A stretch of 64,000 bases of DNA from Lingula anatina (GCA_051362555.1 CM120641.1:29890401-29954400), one strand, 5' to 3'. Positions 1-14,990 are shown, counted from the stretch's first letter. The notes: generated by a model not told the origin, from the letters alone. Numbers and translations are program-made.

Positions 1-941
1 ATATTCAGTCCTATAATTCTGAAATCGTTTTTACTGAGTGAATCGGGTGACCTCATTTCCATGTAGGCTACTATCAACGCTTTTTTCTCCCTAAAAGAAC
101 GGATAACGATGTATACGTACCTTCGAAGGTCAGGCCTCATTATCCTTGGTTCCTATATGAATAATTGTTCTTGAGAAAGGAGTCAGGCGTCCAAGTTAAG
201 CAGTAAACATTTTTCCTGCATGTTTACATGCGCTTGGCAGCGTGGACCGCCCTCGTGATAGCTGTCTGTGTGTCGCGGCCAATATACCAATGACGGGGCG
301 CGTAATTATCGAGAGCAGGGGGATTCCCCATGGGGAAGAACCCATTCGTTTGAGAGAGGGATAATACGATTGGCTAGCGTACTTTGTAAGTGAATGTGAC
401 CGAAATGTGGTCATTTTTACGTGTCACTAGATTAGTAAATGGAAGAAAAAATGATGTGGATTTTATATAATTTTATTTCTGAAGCACATCGAACGCTAAC
501 TGTTAATTCAAAATGGCGGCTCTTAAAACTCTTGTCGGTCCTTTGGACCGACAAAGTACAATATTTTACCGGTCCAGACAAATTTTGCCGGTCATGACCG
601 ATCGGACCGACAGTTTCAGCATGTCTGGTTGATTGAAAGAGACTGCCTTACTATGCTGTTTCACAATGCACAAATGATATGTTATTGTCAAGCACACAGG
701 TTAAATAGTTTTTTGATATTCAGACATTTTTATGGACAGACGCTTCTATTTTCTGGCTACCCCTGTTCTTCATTCTTCAAAATTATTTTGGTCCTTGTGA
801 CATTCTACAATGCACATTTCGTTAAGTAATAAACAACTTTTCTTGTACATAAAATTTCCTGTGTTAAATTTGTTACAAAGCGTATAAAATATATAGAAAA
901 TACTTTATTTTAGTTTATTTTCTATGATTGAAACAATATAA

Positions 942-1450
942 AGGGGCCCGCACACGGTGAGCATTTGGCGCGCGCCACTTGCGCTGCGCCAGATGCTCAC
1001 GCTCCTCAGCTCCCCGCAAACGATGCGCTCTTTGCTCAGCAGAGGTGCCTCCCGGCCTGCCCCTAGCGGACGCACTGTGAACTGTGGGATCATGTGTTTA
1101 AGGAAACATTACATATTGTTGTTTTTTCTGATAGTAATGGATAATGGTGACCACGTTTATCAATCAGACTAACTATAACTGTGTACATTTTTGTTGACTT
1201 TGCTGGGGGCTGCCATTTTTGTTTGTTTCCGGCTATTGGCACATGCGCATTGTTAGCATGGCGTAAGCAATCGGTGCTTGCACACCACACACGCTGAGAC
1301 ATTTGCCTCAAGAGACCAAAAAAATCAAACGTGAGAAATTTTGCTCAGCCGCGCGTGAGGCAAAAATCTCACCAAAATACCCCCGCACGCGATGAGAAAA
1401 CGGCGCAGCGCAAGTGGCGCGCACCAAATGCTCACCGTGTGCGGGCCCCT
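942..1450. mobile_element. Non-autonomous TIR element (MITE), PIF/Harbinger-like
   Basis: About 50-bp inverted termini AGGGGCCCGCACACGGTGAGCATTTGG... / ...CCAAATGCTCACCGTGTGCGGGCCCCT, with TAA on both flanks (939-941, 1451-1453). It sits between two copies of a ~160-bp AT-rich direct repeat (~785-940 and ~1497-1640). Confidence 0.85.
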
Positions 1451-1829
1451 TAAAATACAACTGAAAACAATTTGTCACATTTCATTCTTCTGTTGTATTT
1501 TGGTCCTTGTGTCATTCTACAACCCACATTTCATCAAGTAATCATGGAATTAATTTTTTCTTTCTGTAGATTGTTATAAAGTGTATGAAATACAGAAAAC
1601 ACTTTATTTTAGTTTAATTTTCTCGGATTGAAAACAAAAAAAAGTATGCCTGAAGACATGCATAATTTGTCATATGTCTGTAATTTTGCTTCGGTCTGAC
1701 AGAATTTTCAAGCTTGTCAGACTGAATGTCTGACGGAGTTTCTGGCCTTTCACAGAGTTTGTTCCACAGTATTGGCAGTAGAATGGATATTGAGTGATGG
1801 ACTTAGAAATACACTCTGTGTGCAACAGT

Positions 1830-2460
1830 TGCTGTGTTCAATTGTTTTCTTGCTCCAAAGGTTGTTCAGTAGCCCTGACAATCCTGGTAAATATCACATT
1901 TACGGATAGAATGATTTTTTAGCTTCTTCCTCCCAGGAAAATTGGTGTCAGTTGACAAGGGGCATGCAATACAGCCTTTGTAAGATAGATTTGAACTTCC
2001 AACAGTTCTTTTTCCTTGTTGTAGGTTGCTGTGAAAGATGGCTTAAGGGAGTCTGGAATCGTCTATACAAATGCAGTGACCTGTCCAGCAGAGTTGATCA
2101 ACTGGAAAGACAGAATATCTAAGGCTTGGTATGTTTGTAAGTTTTCTGATCTCCAAATTAGATATTCTGTCTTTCCAGTTGATGTTAAGCAGTTGCCTTA
2201 GACGGCACATCTGAACCCTTTGGAGTTTGCATATGTGCCACCTGTAGAGGGTGATTTTGATGAAAAAAGAAGATGGCTGAGTACAACAGCATGATAGACT
2301 TTGCATCTTGTATGTAGGCCGATGCCTGGTTGCTTCCAAACAGTAGTTTGAAGCTTAATTGCCTCCAGGGAGGTAAATGGGCAGTCGCCATTCACCAAAT
2401 GCCACTGCTGAAACGAGTTGGCGAGTACTATCTCTAACTGGTCCAAAAGGGTGTTTGCTT
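1830..2460 (-). mobile_element. Degenerate 3' fragment of an RTE-like non-LTR retrotransposon ORF
   Basis: Minus-strand frames give IKLQTTVWKQPGIGLHTRCKVYHAVVLSHLL and LRQLLNINWKDRISNLEIRKLTNIPS...LCWTGHCICIDDSRLP, resembling the post-RT region of RTE-clade LINEs. Frameshifted; boundaries approximate. Confidence 0.75.
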
Positions 2461-2599
2461 CTAAGCGGCAGCAAGAGAAATACTTGGTTTAAACTTGCCC
2501 TGTGAAAAAAAAACTGTCTGTACATGTATATAACTGTCACCTGTGTCTTTCGTCGTCATTGCGGTTTCAGTGATAACGCGATAAGTGGAAATAAGTTTA

Positions 2600-4406
2600 C
2601 TCTGAAGTGCCGAATAAGAGTGCCTACCGGAATAACAGTGCCCCCCGGAAAACTTTCCAAAATTAATAACAGGGCCTAGCGGAATAACTGTGCCCCCTGG
2701 AAAAATTCCCGATATTTAATAACAGTGCCTAGCGGAATAACTGTGCCCCCCGGAAAATTTTATCAATTTTAATAATTTCAATGAATAATTGTAATGGCAA
2801 TTTTAAATTATATTCAAATCTGGAAAAATTATGTTTATTAAACATAAAAGACACAATATCTAGACAAATTTACCTTTGATTTTATAGGCCTACACATAGT
2901 TTAACATATTTTAACTATTTAGAGTAATCTCTATCACCAAGCTCCCCCGGAAAATTTTTTCAATCAAGGTGCAATTTGGTGCATTTTAGGGTATTTATGT
3001 AATTTTTTTTTTACATCTTATGTGTCACTGAATTGTCTTGTTTTAGATGTTTTGAGGAATTAATTTAGTAATGACATAACAAAGGTTTAGACAAAATTTA
3101 TTTTCCTGTTTATGCATTCACTCAGTTTAGTCAATCTTGAAGTTTAAGGTTCAGCAGCAGCAGTTCCTATAATGCTAATTTAAACTTTCAAAAATTATAG
3201 AACATACTATTTCAAAAAAAAAAAAAAAATTAACTACTTTAATACTTGCAGGAATCAAGAAAAAGGGCTTCCTATATTGAATTATTTTTGGATTGACCAA
3301 AAAGTTGATATAATATGTTCTTACCATTTTTCACCTTTCTGAAAGTAACTGGTCAACTGACTTTGCGTGTGGGAGCGCTTCATCCTTAAATAAAACTGCC
3401 GTGAAAAATGTTCTCTCTCCTGTCGTTCAGCGCAAAGCGACTCCCGCTACTAATTATACGTAGTTTGAGATGTAATTTATAATCAACAACTTCAAACACC
3501 GTGAAATGAATTTTTCAGAATTAAAGAGATTAAAATCACACTTATCACCAATTTGAGTTCTTCATTTGTTCATTTATATGATTCTATTCAGTCATGGAAA
3601 TTTATATTCAATGCACACGAAAAACTGACGTGACCCAGTTTTACCATGCTACTGCTTTCACAAAACTAACCCGTAAATCAGTAGAAATTCTTCTCCAAAT
3701 TTATAAAATCAACAAAGTGCACTTAATTTTCTCCATTTTTATCAGTGAATAAACGTAAACTATAAAAACACACAACAGACGGTCTTAATTTCGGAACATG
3801 ACGAAGTGCCAGAGAAAGTGTATTTGTGACATGTGACTAAATGTTGTCGAGAGCAGTTGCCTCGTTTCGCTCTGTCTCGTATACTTCAAATAAAGCACAG
3901 AACTACGAAAACGAGGCACTCACAGGGAGATGGCATACGCGCATGCGTATTTTCGTTACTACTAAATCAAGTGCTCAGAAGCATGGGATTACGTACAGTA
4001 TGTAAATAGAATGCCATATTTGCTTAGAAATAAATATAAATTTCAGTTAGCATGAGTGAAAATATACTTTTTTGTTCCATTCAGCCCAGCGAGGGGGTGC
4101 TTTTGACAAATTTCAGCGCGGCGCCTCGCTCTTTATATGCTGGAGAAACACTGGCTTTTATTTACGCTAAAAACAAGTTCGAGTTTAGTGCTTGCGACAG
4201 GTCATTAATAATTATTAACTTGTCCAATGAAACGATCATCAACATTTCCGAAACGATCAAAAATATTTCCAACCGGCACAGTGAGTGCCAAATAACCGTG
4301 CCGTGTGGAAAATTATTAATCGTGCCGGGGAGAATAAGATCGTGCCGGGTGGAAAATTTCCAGAAAAAAAATAAACGTGCCGGCACGTTTATTTGGCACT
4401 TCAGAG
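2600..4406. mobile_element. 1.8-kb non-autonomous DNA transposon with TA target duplication (Tc1/mariner-pogo type)
   Basis: Termini CTCTGAAGTGCCGAATAA / TTATTTGGCACTTCAGAG, each flanked by TA (2598-2599, 4407-4408). Subterminal repeats GGAATAAC(A/T)GTGCCCCC...GGAAAA at 2628-2760 and CGTGCCG repeats at 4297-4385. No transposase ORF. Confidence 0.8.
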
Positions 4407-5090
4407 TAACCTTATGTCTTCAAGCTTACAGATCTGATGAATATTCGTAAAATATAGGTTGTGTTTGAAAAAATCTGCATGATTGAGCCATTTATAAATG
4501 CTGTTTTTCGCTTTTTTCAGCATATATGCAATACTGATAACACGTTTTAAGGAAAAACAAAAGACCGATAATAAAATACAGGTCTAGGTCAAAAATCAAA
4601 AATTATTTTTTGACTAATTTTCATTTGTTTGTTTTATGACTGCTGCTCTTGATAAATGTGTACAGTAGTTGTTTGTGTTATTATTAGATCTATAGCAATA
4701 AAATATTTTTATATGTTAACTTTCCTGTAATCTTGTTTTGTTAAAAAAAGCTGTAAAACTGGCATAGCCTGTTAAGTACCTGGAATTCTTTTTGAATCTG
4801 GATGATTATTTAGAAAAAAAAGTATTCCATTGCATGCTTAGTAAACCCCTCCCAAGTAATTTTAGTTTTAAATATGGTACAGCAACCAAGCCACTGGGCC
4901 TAGTTGCATTCAGTAGCAACAAAGTGAAAAGTTGATGTCGAGCCGCACCCAAGGTATATAAAAAAGAATTTTTGTTAAGTTACTTTTCTTCTGTGCTTCA
5001 TATATGTATTTAACAGGTTAATAATTTGTATATCTTAACTGTGGCAAGATTGATTAATTAAATTAATTATACCTTTTCAGATCTGTGTGA

Positions 5091-5108
5091 ATGTCTTATC
5101 GACTCTAA
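5091..5108 (+). promoter_or_regulatory. Five-codon upstream ORF (MSYRL*) overlapping the XPO1 start codon
   Basis: ATG TCT TAT CGA CTC TAA inside exon 5081-5233; its TAA overlaps the main ATG (TAATG, 5106-5110). Confidence 0.55.
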
Positions 5109-8100
5109 TGCCTCCGGCCAGTATGACAGCTTTGACAGAACAAGCAACAAAGTTGCTGGACTTCAACCAAAAACTTGATATCAATTTGCTTGACCATGTT
5201 GTGGGCTGCATGTATAGTGGCGAAGGACAAACAGTAAGTACGGTTCTTTCTTTGTTATTGAAGTCTTTATGATGGGGTATACCAACCCGCTTAATGCCAG
5301 ATGCTGCTGTCACACCACGAGTCCTGAAGTGGCCAATTTTGTGAAAGACTACTGGTAGTTTTCATCATAAAAATGACTCGGTATTGATGCTCAAATAAAT
5401 GTCGAAATGGACAAGGTGGGTATCAGTTTCTTAGCCACTCCTTATATTGGCAATTTAATGACCTTGAATTTGACATTGACCTAATTTTTACCATGAACTT
5501 GTCTTTGGAAATTAGCAGAGACATAAACATAGTTACTATTGAACTTGAATAGTGACTCTTAATGTGACCTTGGAATTTGACATTTGACTTATTAGTGACT
5601 TAGTACATTTTTTAGCCCATATTCCTCTACAACTAAAACGTGCATCCATAGCTACCATTTAATTTCATTGAGCTTAATCATTTTAAAATTTGGTGTTGAT
5701 TTTGGTGTTAAAGGGATAATAACTCTTCGTTTCCGCCATAAAATGAATTTTTCTGGAGTAAACAACAATTTTCCCATACTTACCAATGGTTAATGAATCC
5801 ATTTTTACATTCAAAGTTAGTCCCTGGTTTTTTTCTAAAAAGTTTGGTTTTTTGTTAAAATCCCTTAAGAGATTATAACAGAGTTACTCAGTATAGCCAT
5901 CAATGGAGGTCACGTGGTCAATAGACAAGCTCAGATATCAGAAAAAATAGCTACAACTGCCGTTTTTGTGGTAAAACAGAATATATTATATTTCTACGAG
6001 TTATTCGCAATGTTTTTATTGTGAAATGTAGATCTCACACTAAGAGTTATTATACCTTTAAGCACTAGGTAAAATTGCATCAAAACCAAAAAACTGTTTT
6101 GTGTATCATCATTTGCTTTTATGTCAGTACAATTTACAGCTTTGCTGCTTGTCTTTCAGTAGGCCTATGAAAGTCACATGCCTACGAAAGTTATCTGTAA
6201 AGTCGATTTTCCCAATTATATGGCTTATTTTTATGCATTGGTGTTGAAAATATAATGTGTAAGCCTTTTGGGTGCTGCCATTCGATGGGCACTGTTAATG
6301 ACAGGGTTTGGCAATTTGTGTTTGTTTGTGTGTATATAAAATATTGAAGCGGCAATCATAAATATTGATACATATGAGCAATTATGCAATTATATTAATT
6401 TTATAATTTTTCCAAACTTATACATGTATATAAATTTTATTTTTTCTTAAGCAACGTGTGGCCCAAGAGGTGCTTACAACACTGAAAGAACACCCAGATG
6501 CATGGACCAGAGTAGATACCATTTTGGAGTATTCAAATAATCAACAGACAAAATATTATGCCCTACAGATACTTGAAAATGTAATAAAAACAAGATGGAA
6601 AGTTCTGCCAAGAACTCAGTGTGAAGGTAAGGGTGTCTGAAATTACAGATAAGAACCCTAACTTAGTAGTCAGTTTTGCACCTTTGTAGATGAAATGTTA
6701 TTAACCATAAAGTATATTGGGATAATTTTGAAGCATTGCTTTGTAAATATCACTTTTTTTATTATTTTCTAAGAAGCAAATAGAGCACCTACTTATTAGA
6801 TATGATCAACATGATGACTGCTAAACAATGAGTTCATTTAACATTTGCATATGAAGTTCATGGCTATATTTAGAATAAAGTCAAACAATCATTGAAGATC
6901 TAATTTTAACAACATAAAGCATAAATTTTTAAATTGTTTCTCAAACAATTATTTTCATCAGAGGTCGGTGGGTAAAAAAAAAAACATATATAAATTATGA
7001 CGTTATCGTCGTTATGTTTACTAGTAAAAGAACATTTTAGACAATGATAACGCCCATTTTAACTAACTAAAGTCATATCTCAAAACAATAAAAACAGTGA
7101 TTCTTATTCAAAACAAGCCGGTTGCTTGCATGTAAATTTTAATCTGAAAGAATCACTCTGGTATTTTTTTTCATCAGAAACAGCTCGACTTTCCTAATAG
7201 AAATAATTTGTTCCTTAAAATGATAATAAAAGTGAGCTTACAGTTAATACCTCTATGGTTAACATGAACAGGCTTATTATTCAAACCAAATGACTGTTGA
7301 AAGTTATTGCCAAGCTAATAATAATGCAAATAATAGCAATAAAACAGAAACCCTACTGACCTTTTTACATATTACATTTTGTCTGTCATAAACTTTAAAC
7401 CCAGCCTAGTGGCTGGAGAATTGCTTGTACATATGGCTGTACATAGACTACTGCTTTAGCCTACATGGTTCTCCTAGGCCATGTTGCCTTCATTTGACTT
7501 AATATATGTTAAAATATTAATGAAGCGCTGATTGGCTAAAAAAATGAATCTGTAGTTTACTTGGGCTTAAATGACCTTGGCATTGAACTTACACAGTCAT
7601 ACGGCATGTGACAACTGTAAAAAAAGTTTTCATTTTATTTTATCCCAAATTGAACATATGATCAGTCAGACATTGTTAAAAAACAAAATAATAATTATTT
7701 TGGGCTGAATCTTATTTTATTTCTGTTCTGGCTATTTTGAGTTGATGGTAATTGAGAAATAAGTAATTCAAAATTATCTGCCTAAGAAGATTTTTCACCT
7801 ACTTTTTAACAAAGCATAAGCAGACAAATATTGTTAATATTACATCAAGGTTTTTGTTGATGGCAAACTTTACTATTTTGTCCTTTTGAATAATTTGCCT
7901 TCATATGCACAGACCAGTAGGTTTTTGTGGATACTAGGTTGAATCATATAATCATAAATCTATATGATGAACAGAAAAATGACCAGGTGTGTGCTAAAAT
8001 TATTGGGAGGTAGAAATTGTCCTTATGTAAGATTTTCTCTTGCTTATATGTTATAATAAGTGCAAAATTCAAAGATGGAGTGTTAAACAAGTAAGAAACG

Positions 8101-10971
8101 AGGAACAAAAAAATAACAGTAGTGTTCCCTCGACTTAGAAAATGGGAACTCGGGAGGTTAAGTAAGATAAGAGATCTCTTAGAGGTTGTCAGTTTGAAAA
8201 AATGCGAAATTAAAGTAAGTGGAAAATCTTGAAATTGGAACCAGTTAATTCCGGATTTGGAGTACTAGAATGGACCAGTTTCTTGAAGATATATGTCGAA
8301 ATGCTTTTAGTCTTGTGCTGTATAGAAAGTGGTAAAGGGAGAATATATTGAAGAAGTTAAAGATATATATTTAATTTGATTTTTTTTAAAAAAAAAGATA
8401 CTATTTCAAAATTAACTGTACAATATTTATTTATGCAGGTATCAAAAAATACATTGTGGGTTTAATAATCAAAACGTCATCAGATCCAGAAACACTAGAA
8501 AGAGAGAAAGTGTACTTGGGAAAGTTGAACATGATACTTGTACAGGTGGGTTTGTGTGTGGAATAAAATAATAAGGAAAAAAATGTAATATTGCTAAGTG
8601 TGATTACATTACTGAACTTATTTGCACTGACCCAATTTACCTCCACCACTATTACGGTTTGTTTGCTTAATGGAATTTTCCTACAATCACATGCTCATGT
8701 GGTGACAACTAGTGCTGTTTGTAAAGATTACTGGGCATGTTTACAGCAGTTTACTTATGCAGCAGTTATAAAGTTAACTTGTAATGCCATGTGAATTGTG
8801 TGTTTTGATAAGATAATTTTTTGGTTTGTTGATTTTTTGTGTGGCTGTGGGGACATGTACTTTATCCTTAACCACCTATCCATTAGATCTCCATTGTGTT
8901 CATTACTCCTATACTACAAGATAGATTTAGTTAATGCTTACACTTTTACTTGTGTTTTTATGCAGTTGTACTTACTTGACACTGACTTTTACTTTTGAAA
9001 ACATTGACCTACCTTCCACAATAAGCTGAACTTTTCCAAAACTAGAAGAGATCTACCCATTGTTGTTAATAAACTTCAATAGGAGATCCTTTATAAATCC
9101 AAAAGCAACCTTGAATTTTACCTTTGACCTACTTGCCGCAAAAAACTAGTCTCTTGCCCTTGTATCTCCAAAACAATAAAAGATACACCTATAATTGCTG
9201 TTGAAATCGAATTTTAAGTAATCGGGGATTCAAATCACGCCTTGAATTTGACTTTCCATCTACAGTGAAATTAACTTTTCCAATTTTCTAGCCCTTATAC
9301 CTCCAAAACAGAGATAAACCTATAGTTACTATTGAATTTGAATAGGAAGTAGTATATTTGGAATTCATATGTGACATCCATCACCAAGAATTTTACTTCT
9401 TGATCTACTTTCCGTCATTAAATTCACTTTTCCAATTTTCTAGCCCTTATATCTCCAAAGCAAGAAGAATTAAAACCCATAGTTCTATTGAATTATAACA
9501 GGAATTCGGATATTGAGATTTCATATTTTAGCTGGAGGTACACAATAACAATTATTTCTTGCAATATTAGACATGGGCATATCAGATTACATGCATGCAA
9601 AAATTGCACATGACAGTGATTTACAGACTTACAGGAAACCCTTTTTTCTTTGACATTCTTTGTCACCCTGTTGGTCAATACAGCAAGTTATTTGAAAACA
9701 AGTCAATATTGTACCTTCAAGCTTTGTAGCAAGTCTTGATATCATATGCCCCATATTTTACTGGTATTCCTTGCTCAACATGCCAGAAAAACAATTATTA
9801 TGTTACCATGCTGTTGGAAAATCTGCGTCGACTTGGCACTCATGTCTATTAGCTCCCGTGTTATTCCAGCTAAAAATGGCCAGCCAGCTTCACTTCCTAC
9901 ACCAATTAATGTCACAACTCCCAGCACAACCTAACACAATCTGTCTTATCCAAAGTCCTTCATTTACTAGTCCTTATATCTCTAGTGATACAAATTGTTA
10001 ATGATGGTCATTATGTGTGTTGATTGACACAACAATATACAGTGTTTTGCCATGTAATATCTCATTTAAATTATTTTGAAAGATCTTGAGATATTTCTTC
10101 CATCTTTCAGATTTTAAAGTATGAGTGGCCAAAAAATTGGCCTTCTTTCATCTATGATATTGTGGGTGCAAGTAAAACAAATGAATCCCTCTGCCAAAAT
10201 AACATGGCAATCCTCAAAATTCTCAGGTAAGTATATCATGCAACTTTTCCACTGTGTGGAATAGTGACCTTCACAGATGTCAAATTTGATCAAAGCTCTG
10301 TCATTATTTGAAGCATTTGTTGTATAATTATTAAAGATACAAAGAGCTACTTTTCAGTAACTTACTTAAAATGTGGCAATTAAAAAAATAAAAAGGTTGT
10401 TTGGCACTAATGTGATTTTTGATCATAGGTGAAATGAACATTGTGCAGAAAGGTCATTTAGCATATGATAAAATATATGCAATATTTTGATACAACAACA
10501 GTATGTTTATAAATTTTTTTATTTGATAAATATAATTATTTCTCAGTGAGGAGATCTTTGATTTCTCAAGTGGACAGATGACACAGGCCAAGGCCAAACA
10601 TTTGAAGGACAGCATGTGTACAGAATTTGCTCAGATTTTCACATTGTGTCAGTTTGTTCTGGTGAGTTTCACAATATTTTGCAGAATCATATATCAGTAG
10701 TTTAAAATTAAGAGATGGTGCTTGGAAGACTGGAATTGAACATTAGCTTGGTGGATGTATGATATAATTATGGAAAATGTTAGTTTACTTTTTTAAGGCC
10801 CTTTTGTTAACGATAAGCTTATACATGCAGGATAACTCGCAGAATGCCCCGCTAGTGGGTTCCACGTTGGACACTTTGATGAGGTTCCTAACCTGGATTC
10901 CTCTTGGCTACATATTTGAGACAAAACTCATAACCACACTCATTTATAAGGTAGGTTTTACTGATTGTTAA

Positions 10972-11059
<88 letters not shown>

Positions 11060-14000
11060 TGTGCATAGCATAAAAAGTGTACTTCAGCATCTTTGAAAAC
11101 ATTAATGAAATGCCAAAGGTAAAGTAAAAGTGAATAGGCTTTGATTTGGGAGTCAAATCATTTTTGTGTACTGATGTTGTTGAGGCAAAAGTTGCAGATA
11201 ATTTTGAGAATTAAAAAAAATCTACCATTCATCTCTGTATGTATACCGTTTCCTTTGAATTGGCTATATATATCCAGCTTTAGGAAGTATCACAAATTTC
11301 AGATATTTTAATTGGCCTAAGGTTGCCCTTCGATCTTGGCCTATTGAATATATGGCTCCATTGTTATGTGTTTACCTTTTATCTCTGGTCATTTCTAGGT
11401 CATCATTTTTGATGTAGTTTAAATCTTTTTTTTTTTCCTAGTTCCTAAATGTCCCGATGTTCAGAAATGTCACCTTAAAATGTTTAACAGAAATTGGTAA
11501 GTCCAATAAATGCTTATGATTTAAAATGCATTATTTCTGGGCTTTACACCATTTACATCATTAAATAAAATATTTTGCAAAGACTCGTGTTGTTCTGTAA
11601 TGAATTTTTAACCATTGTTTGCAGTAAGAATTTAACAGTAACTGAAGTAAAAACAATAGCACCTGTGTCATAGTAAACATATCAAAATAAGTGTACTGTT
11701 TTGATTACAGCTGGTGTTTCTGTCACACAGTATGATGAACAATTTTTACAGCTCTTTAATCTGACTATGACACAGCTTAAACAGGTATGAGTTTTTTTTT
11801 TTTTTTTTTTTTGTCTTTATTTTTACAGAATTTCATCTCTTTGTTATTTTCTTCTAAAAAAGATTATAATTTGTAACCATTTATTGACATTACTGTTATA
11901 TATATATTTTTTTTATTTTGTGAAAGATTATTTAGTGACTCTTTTTATTATTGACTTGCAAATTAAGCTTTTATTTTGTAATTGCCAATTTTCAGATGTT
12001 GCCCACCAGCACAAACATCAAAGATGCCTATGCTCATGGTCAGGATGATGAACAAAAGTTTATTCAGAACTTGAGTTTATTCTTGTGCACCTTTTTAAAG
12101 GAGCATGGCACTTTGGTAGAAAAAAAGCAAGAACTTCATGATGTATTAATGGAGGTAAGCACATTTTTATTTATGTACATTATGTGCTACGATTGTAGTA
12201 ATAAAGTAAGTACAAAACAGTACATTTGTTTACAAGAATTTTGACCTGAATTTGGTATTTAATATTGTTTGTGCATTTTATTTTACAGGTTTCATGAATG
12301 TAGAAATTGTTATTAAAGATGAACATTTTGTTTTAGGCTTTGCACTATTTGATTCTCATCTCTGAGGTGGAAGAGACTGAAATTTTTAAGATCTGTTTGG
12401 AATACTGGAATACTTTAGCTGCTGATCTGTACAGAGAAAGTCCATTCAGTGCTAGTCAGACTCCTCTGCTTATTGGCAGAATGGCTGACGTACCACCGTC
12501 TAGGAGAGCTCTTTATACTCCTGTGCTTTCAAAGGTTTGTAACAAAATGTAAAACTTAATGTTTTGTGATATACGTCTTGTTTAAATAGATAGAGAATTA
12601 GAGTACTGGAGTAGTGTGGTTTTATCTTAAAACCACCCTGACTAAATCAACCGTCATATGTTGGTTGATACAAGTCATGATTAATGCATCAATCTTCACT
12701 CCTTGCATTTTCATAAGATTAGCAGCCAGTAGATGCTTAAATTGAAAACTTTCAAATTTTAATTCTGTTAATCCTACAGAACTCTTGTTTCATTTTGTAG
12801 GGCTTGTCAAGTGCAATACTAGGAGTTTGTTCTTATCCAAAGTTATTATTGTATCGCCACTCTGAACCCCTAGTTTCAAAATCTTTGGTCCAGCTAACCT
12901 TTAAAAGAACATCTCAAGTAATCAGTTCATATGTGTTTAACAGTAAATGTTACTTTCTGCATTGCTTATTTTTTTTAAAGTGTACATTTTGGTTATGCCT
13001 AGGTGAGGCGGGTAATGATCTCAAGAATGGCCAAGCCAGAAGAGGTGCTAGTGGTAGAGAATGAACAGGGAGAAGTCGTGCGTGAATTCATGAAGGACAC
13101 AGATTCTATCAATCTGTATAAAAACATGAGAGAGACTCTTGGTGAGTTGATTTTGTATTTAGTATTTAACCAAATAATAATGCATTTATGCATGCATACA
13201 GGTGCAATAAAATAATAAAAGAAACTAGTTAAAGGTACATAAAAACCGAGCATCGGTGGAGCGTGGATTCCCAGTAACACATGTAAACCACTTTACTAGA
13301 TTCTTATATGGCTCAAATGAATTTGACATGTTAAGGGATAAACTGAATAGATCTCTCGATCAGCCATAAAAGACCTTTAGACTGCTCCTTTCTTTAAATT
13401 TATGGTTGTAAATTTAACCTACTTTCGTGACCTACTTTCCTGCCCCATTGACATACAGCTTAGAATGCCAGCAGAAAAATCTGTTCAAACATCATTTTCG
13501 GGTAAAATTAAACAATGCCTTTTGGTAATTCTCTTAGTTATACTACTTGAAACTATATGCTGGCATTTGGTTGGTTTTTGTAACAAAAAATTGACTTTGT
13601 ATGCATCTTTAAGTCTGTCCTAGTATGAATAAGATTATTTTGTATGTCATAACTATTTCAAATGTTAGCATTAATTATGAAAAGGCACTGTATTTGTACA
13701 GTATTTATAGAAAATTTAGTGTTGGTCGACAGCCTTTTTGTACGACACTTAAAAACTTCAATTCTGTAACATATTTTTTCCCCTTTCAGTATATCTTACT
13801 CACTTAGATTATCAAGACACGGAAAACATTATGACTGAAAAATTGACAAATCAAGTGAATGGTACAGAATGGTCTTGGAAGAATCTGAATACAGTAAGTA
13901 GGATATATGTATATCATTTTATGGACAACTTGTCTGGACAATTAGCCATTACCTGCATTTGCCGTCATACCATTAACATCAGACTTGACTTAAGCAGGCT

Positions 14001-14990
14001 TGTACACTTTCTTTGCTAACATCTTAAATGGCAAAAAATGTGTTGGTTACATTTCACATTTGAAATGACTTATTTTACTTCCTAGCATCTTGTTTACATC
14101 CTGTGAAATGTTTATCATTCCTTCGTGTCTTTCTGGCATATGTGAATCCTTTTCCTTAACTCATCAAATATAAGAAACGCCAGTAAAAATTTCAGCTATA
14201 GATAAATTTTGTTATGTTGGCTGTATAGTTGCCTGCTTTGCTGTCTAGTTTAAAAGTATTTGATATTGCTTCAGTTTAGGACGGCTGTAAATAAAGTGTA
14301 CTAAGTAATACAAAATTTCAAGATCTGGGTGATGAGAAACTTGATGAGAAAAAAATGGTTTTGAATGTATTGGGACGCTGTCATGTTTTAATAAAATGTT
14401 TTTTGTTTAATTATGTTATACAACGTCTAAATAACAGCAGTTATCATTGTAGTAATACACATTGGATGTTTTTTTCTCTTGTATTTATCATGCTGCTTCT
14501 AGTATGTGTATGTGTAAATTTTTTTTGTTTGTTTTTTTTAGCTTTGCTGGGCTATTGGATCTATAAGTGGTGCTATGCACGAGGAAGATGAAAAGAGGTT
14601 TCTGGTCACAGTAATAAAAGTAAGTTTGAATGTTTTCTATGTAGATGTGTGCTCATTGACAAGTTAAAAGATATACTATACAAAAGCAGAAATGTTCTTA
14701 TAAAAGCAAAGGTTAAGTGTGGAAAAAAGTAAGCAGTTTCAAACATTTTCAAAAATTTGACATTATTGGAAGTTTTAGCTTTTCCATTCATAAACATTCA
14801 TCTTCAGTAAATCGACCTTAAGACAGTGTGTTTTATAAGTCTTTTCAAACTGACCAAAGTCCTGAAATAAATTACAGTCTATCAAGGTAGATGAACACGA
14901 TGGTTAAAATGGAAAAGCCAAAGCTTAATTTAAACATCAAAGATGGTGCAATGACATACTTTTTATGTTTTCCACTTAGGGCCTTAAAAA

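Noticed and set aside
510-521. YY1-type motif AAAATGGCGGC as the XPO1 promoter
   Set aside because: It is a single motif next to repeat-like sequence with no convincing first-exon donor nearby; the XPO1 start site cannot be placed.
2628-2760. Regularly spaced repeats resembling a CRISPR array
   Set aside because: The intervening segments are themselves similar, the context is a eukaryotic TIR element, and there are no cas genes.
4052-4450. 132-aa ORF, the longest in the ORF track
   Set aside because: It lies almost entirely in the repeat-rich end of a non-autonomous transposon and has no recognisable domain.
10968-11156. ORFs with YIYIYI or HTHTHT runs (also 34867-35294 and 42282-42467)
   Set aside because: These are translations of (TA)n and (TG)n microsatellites.
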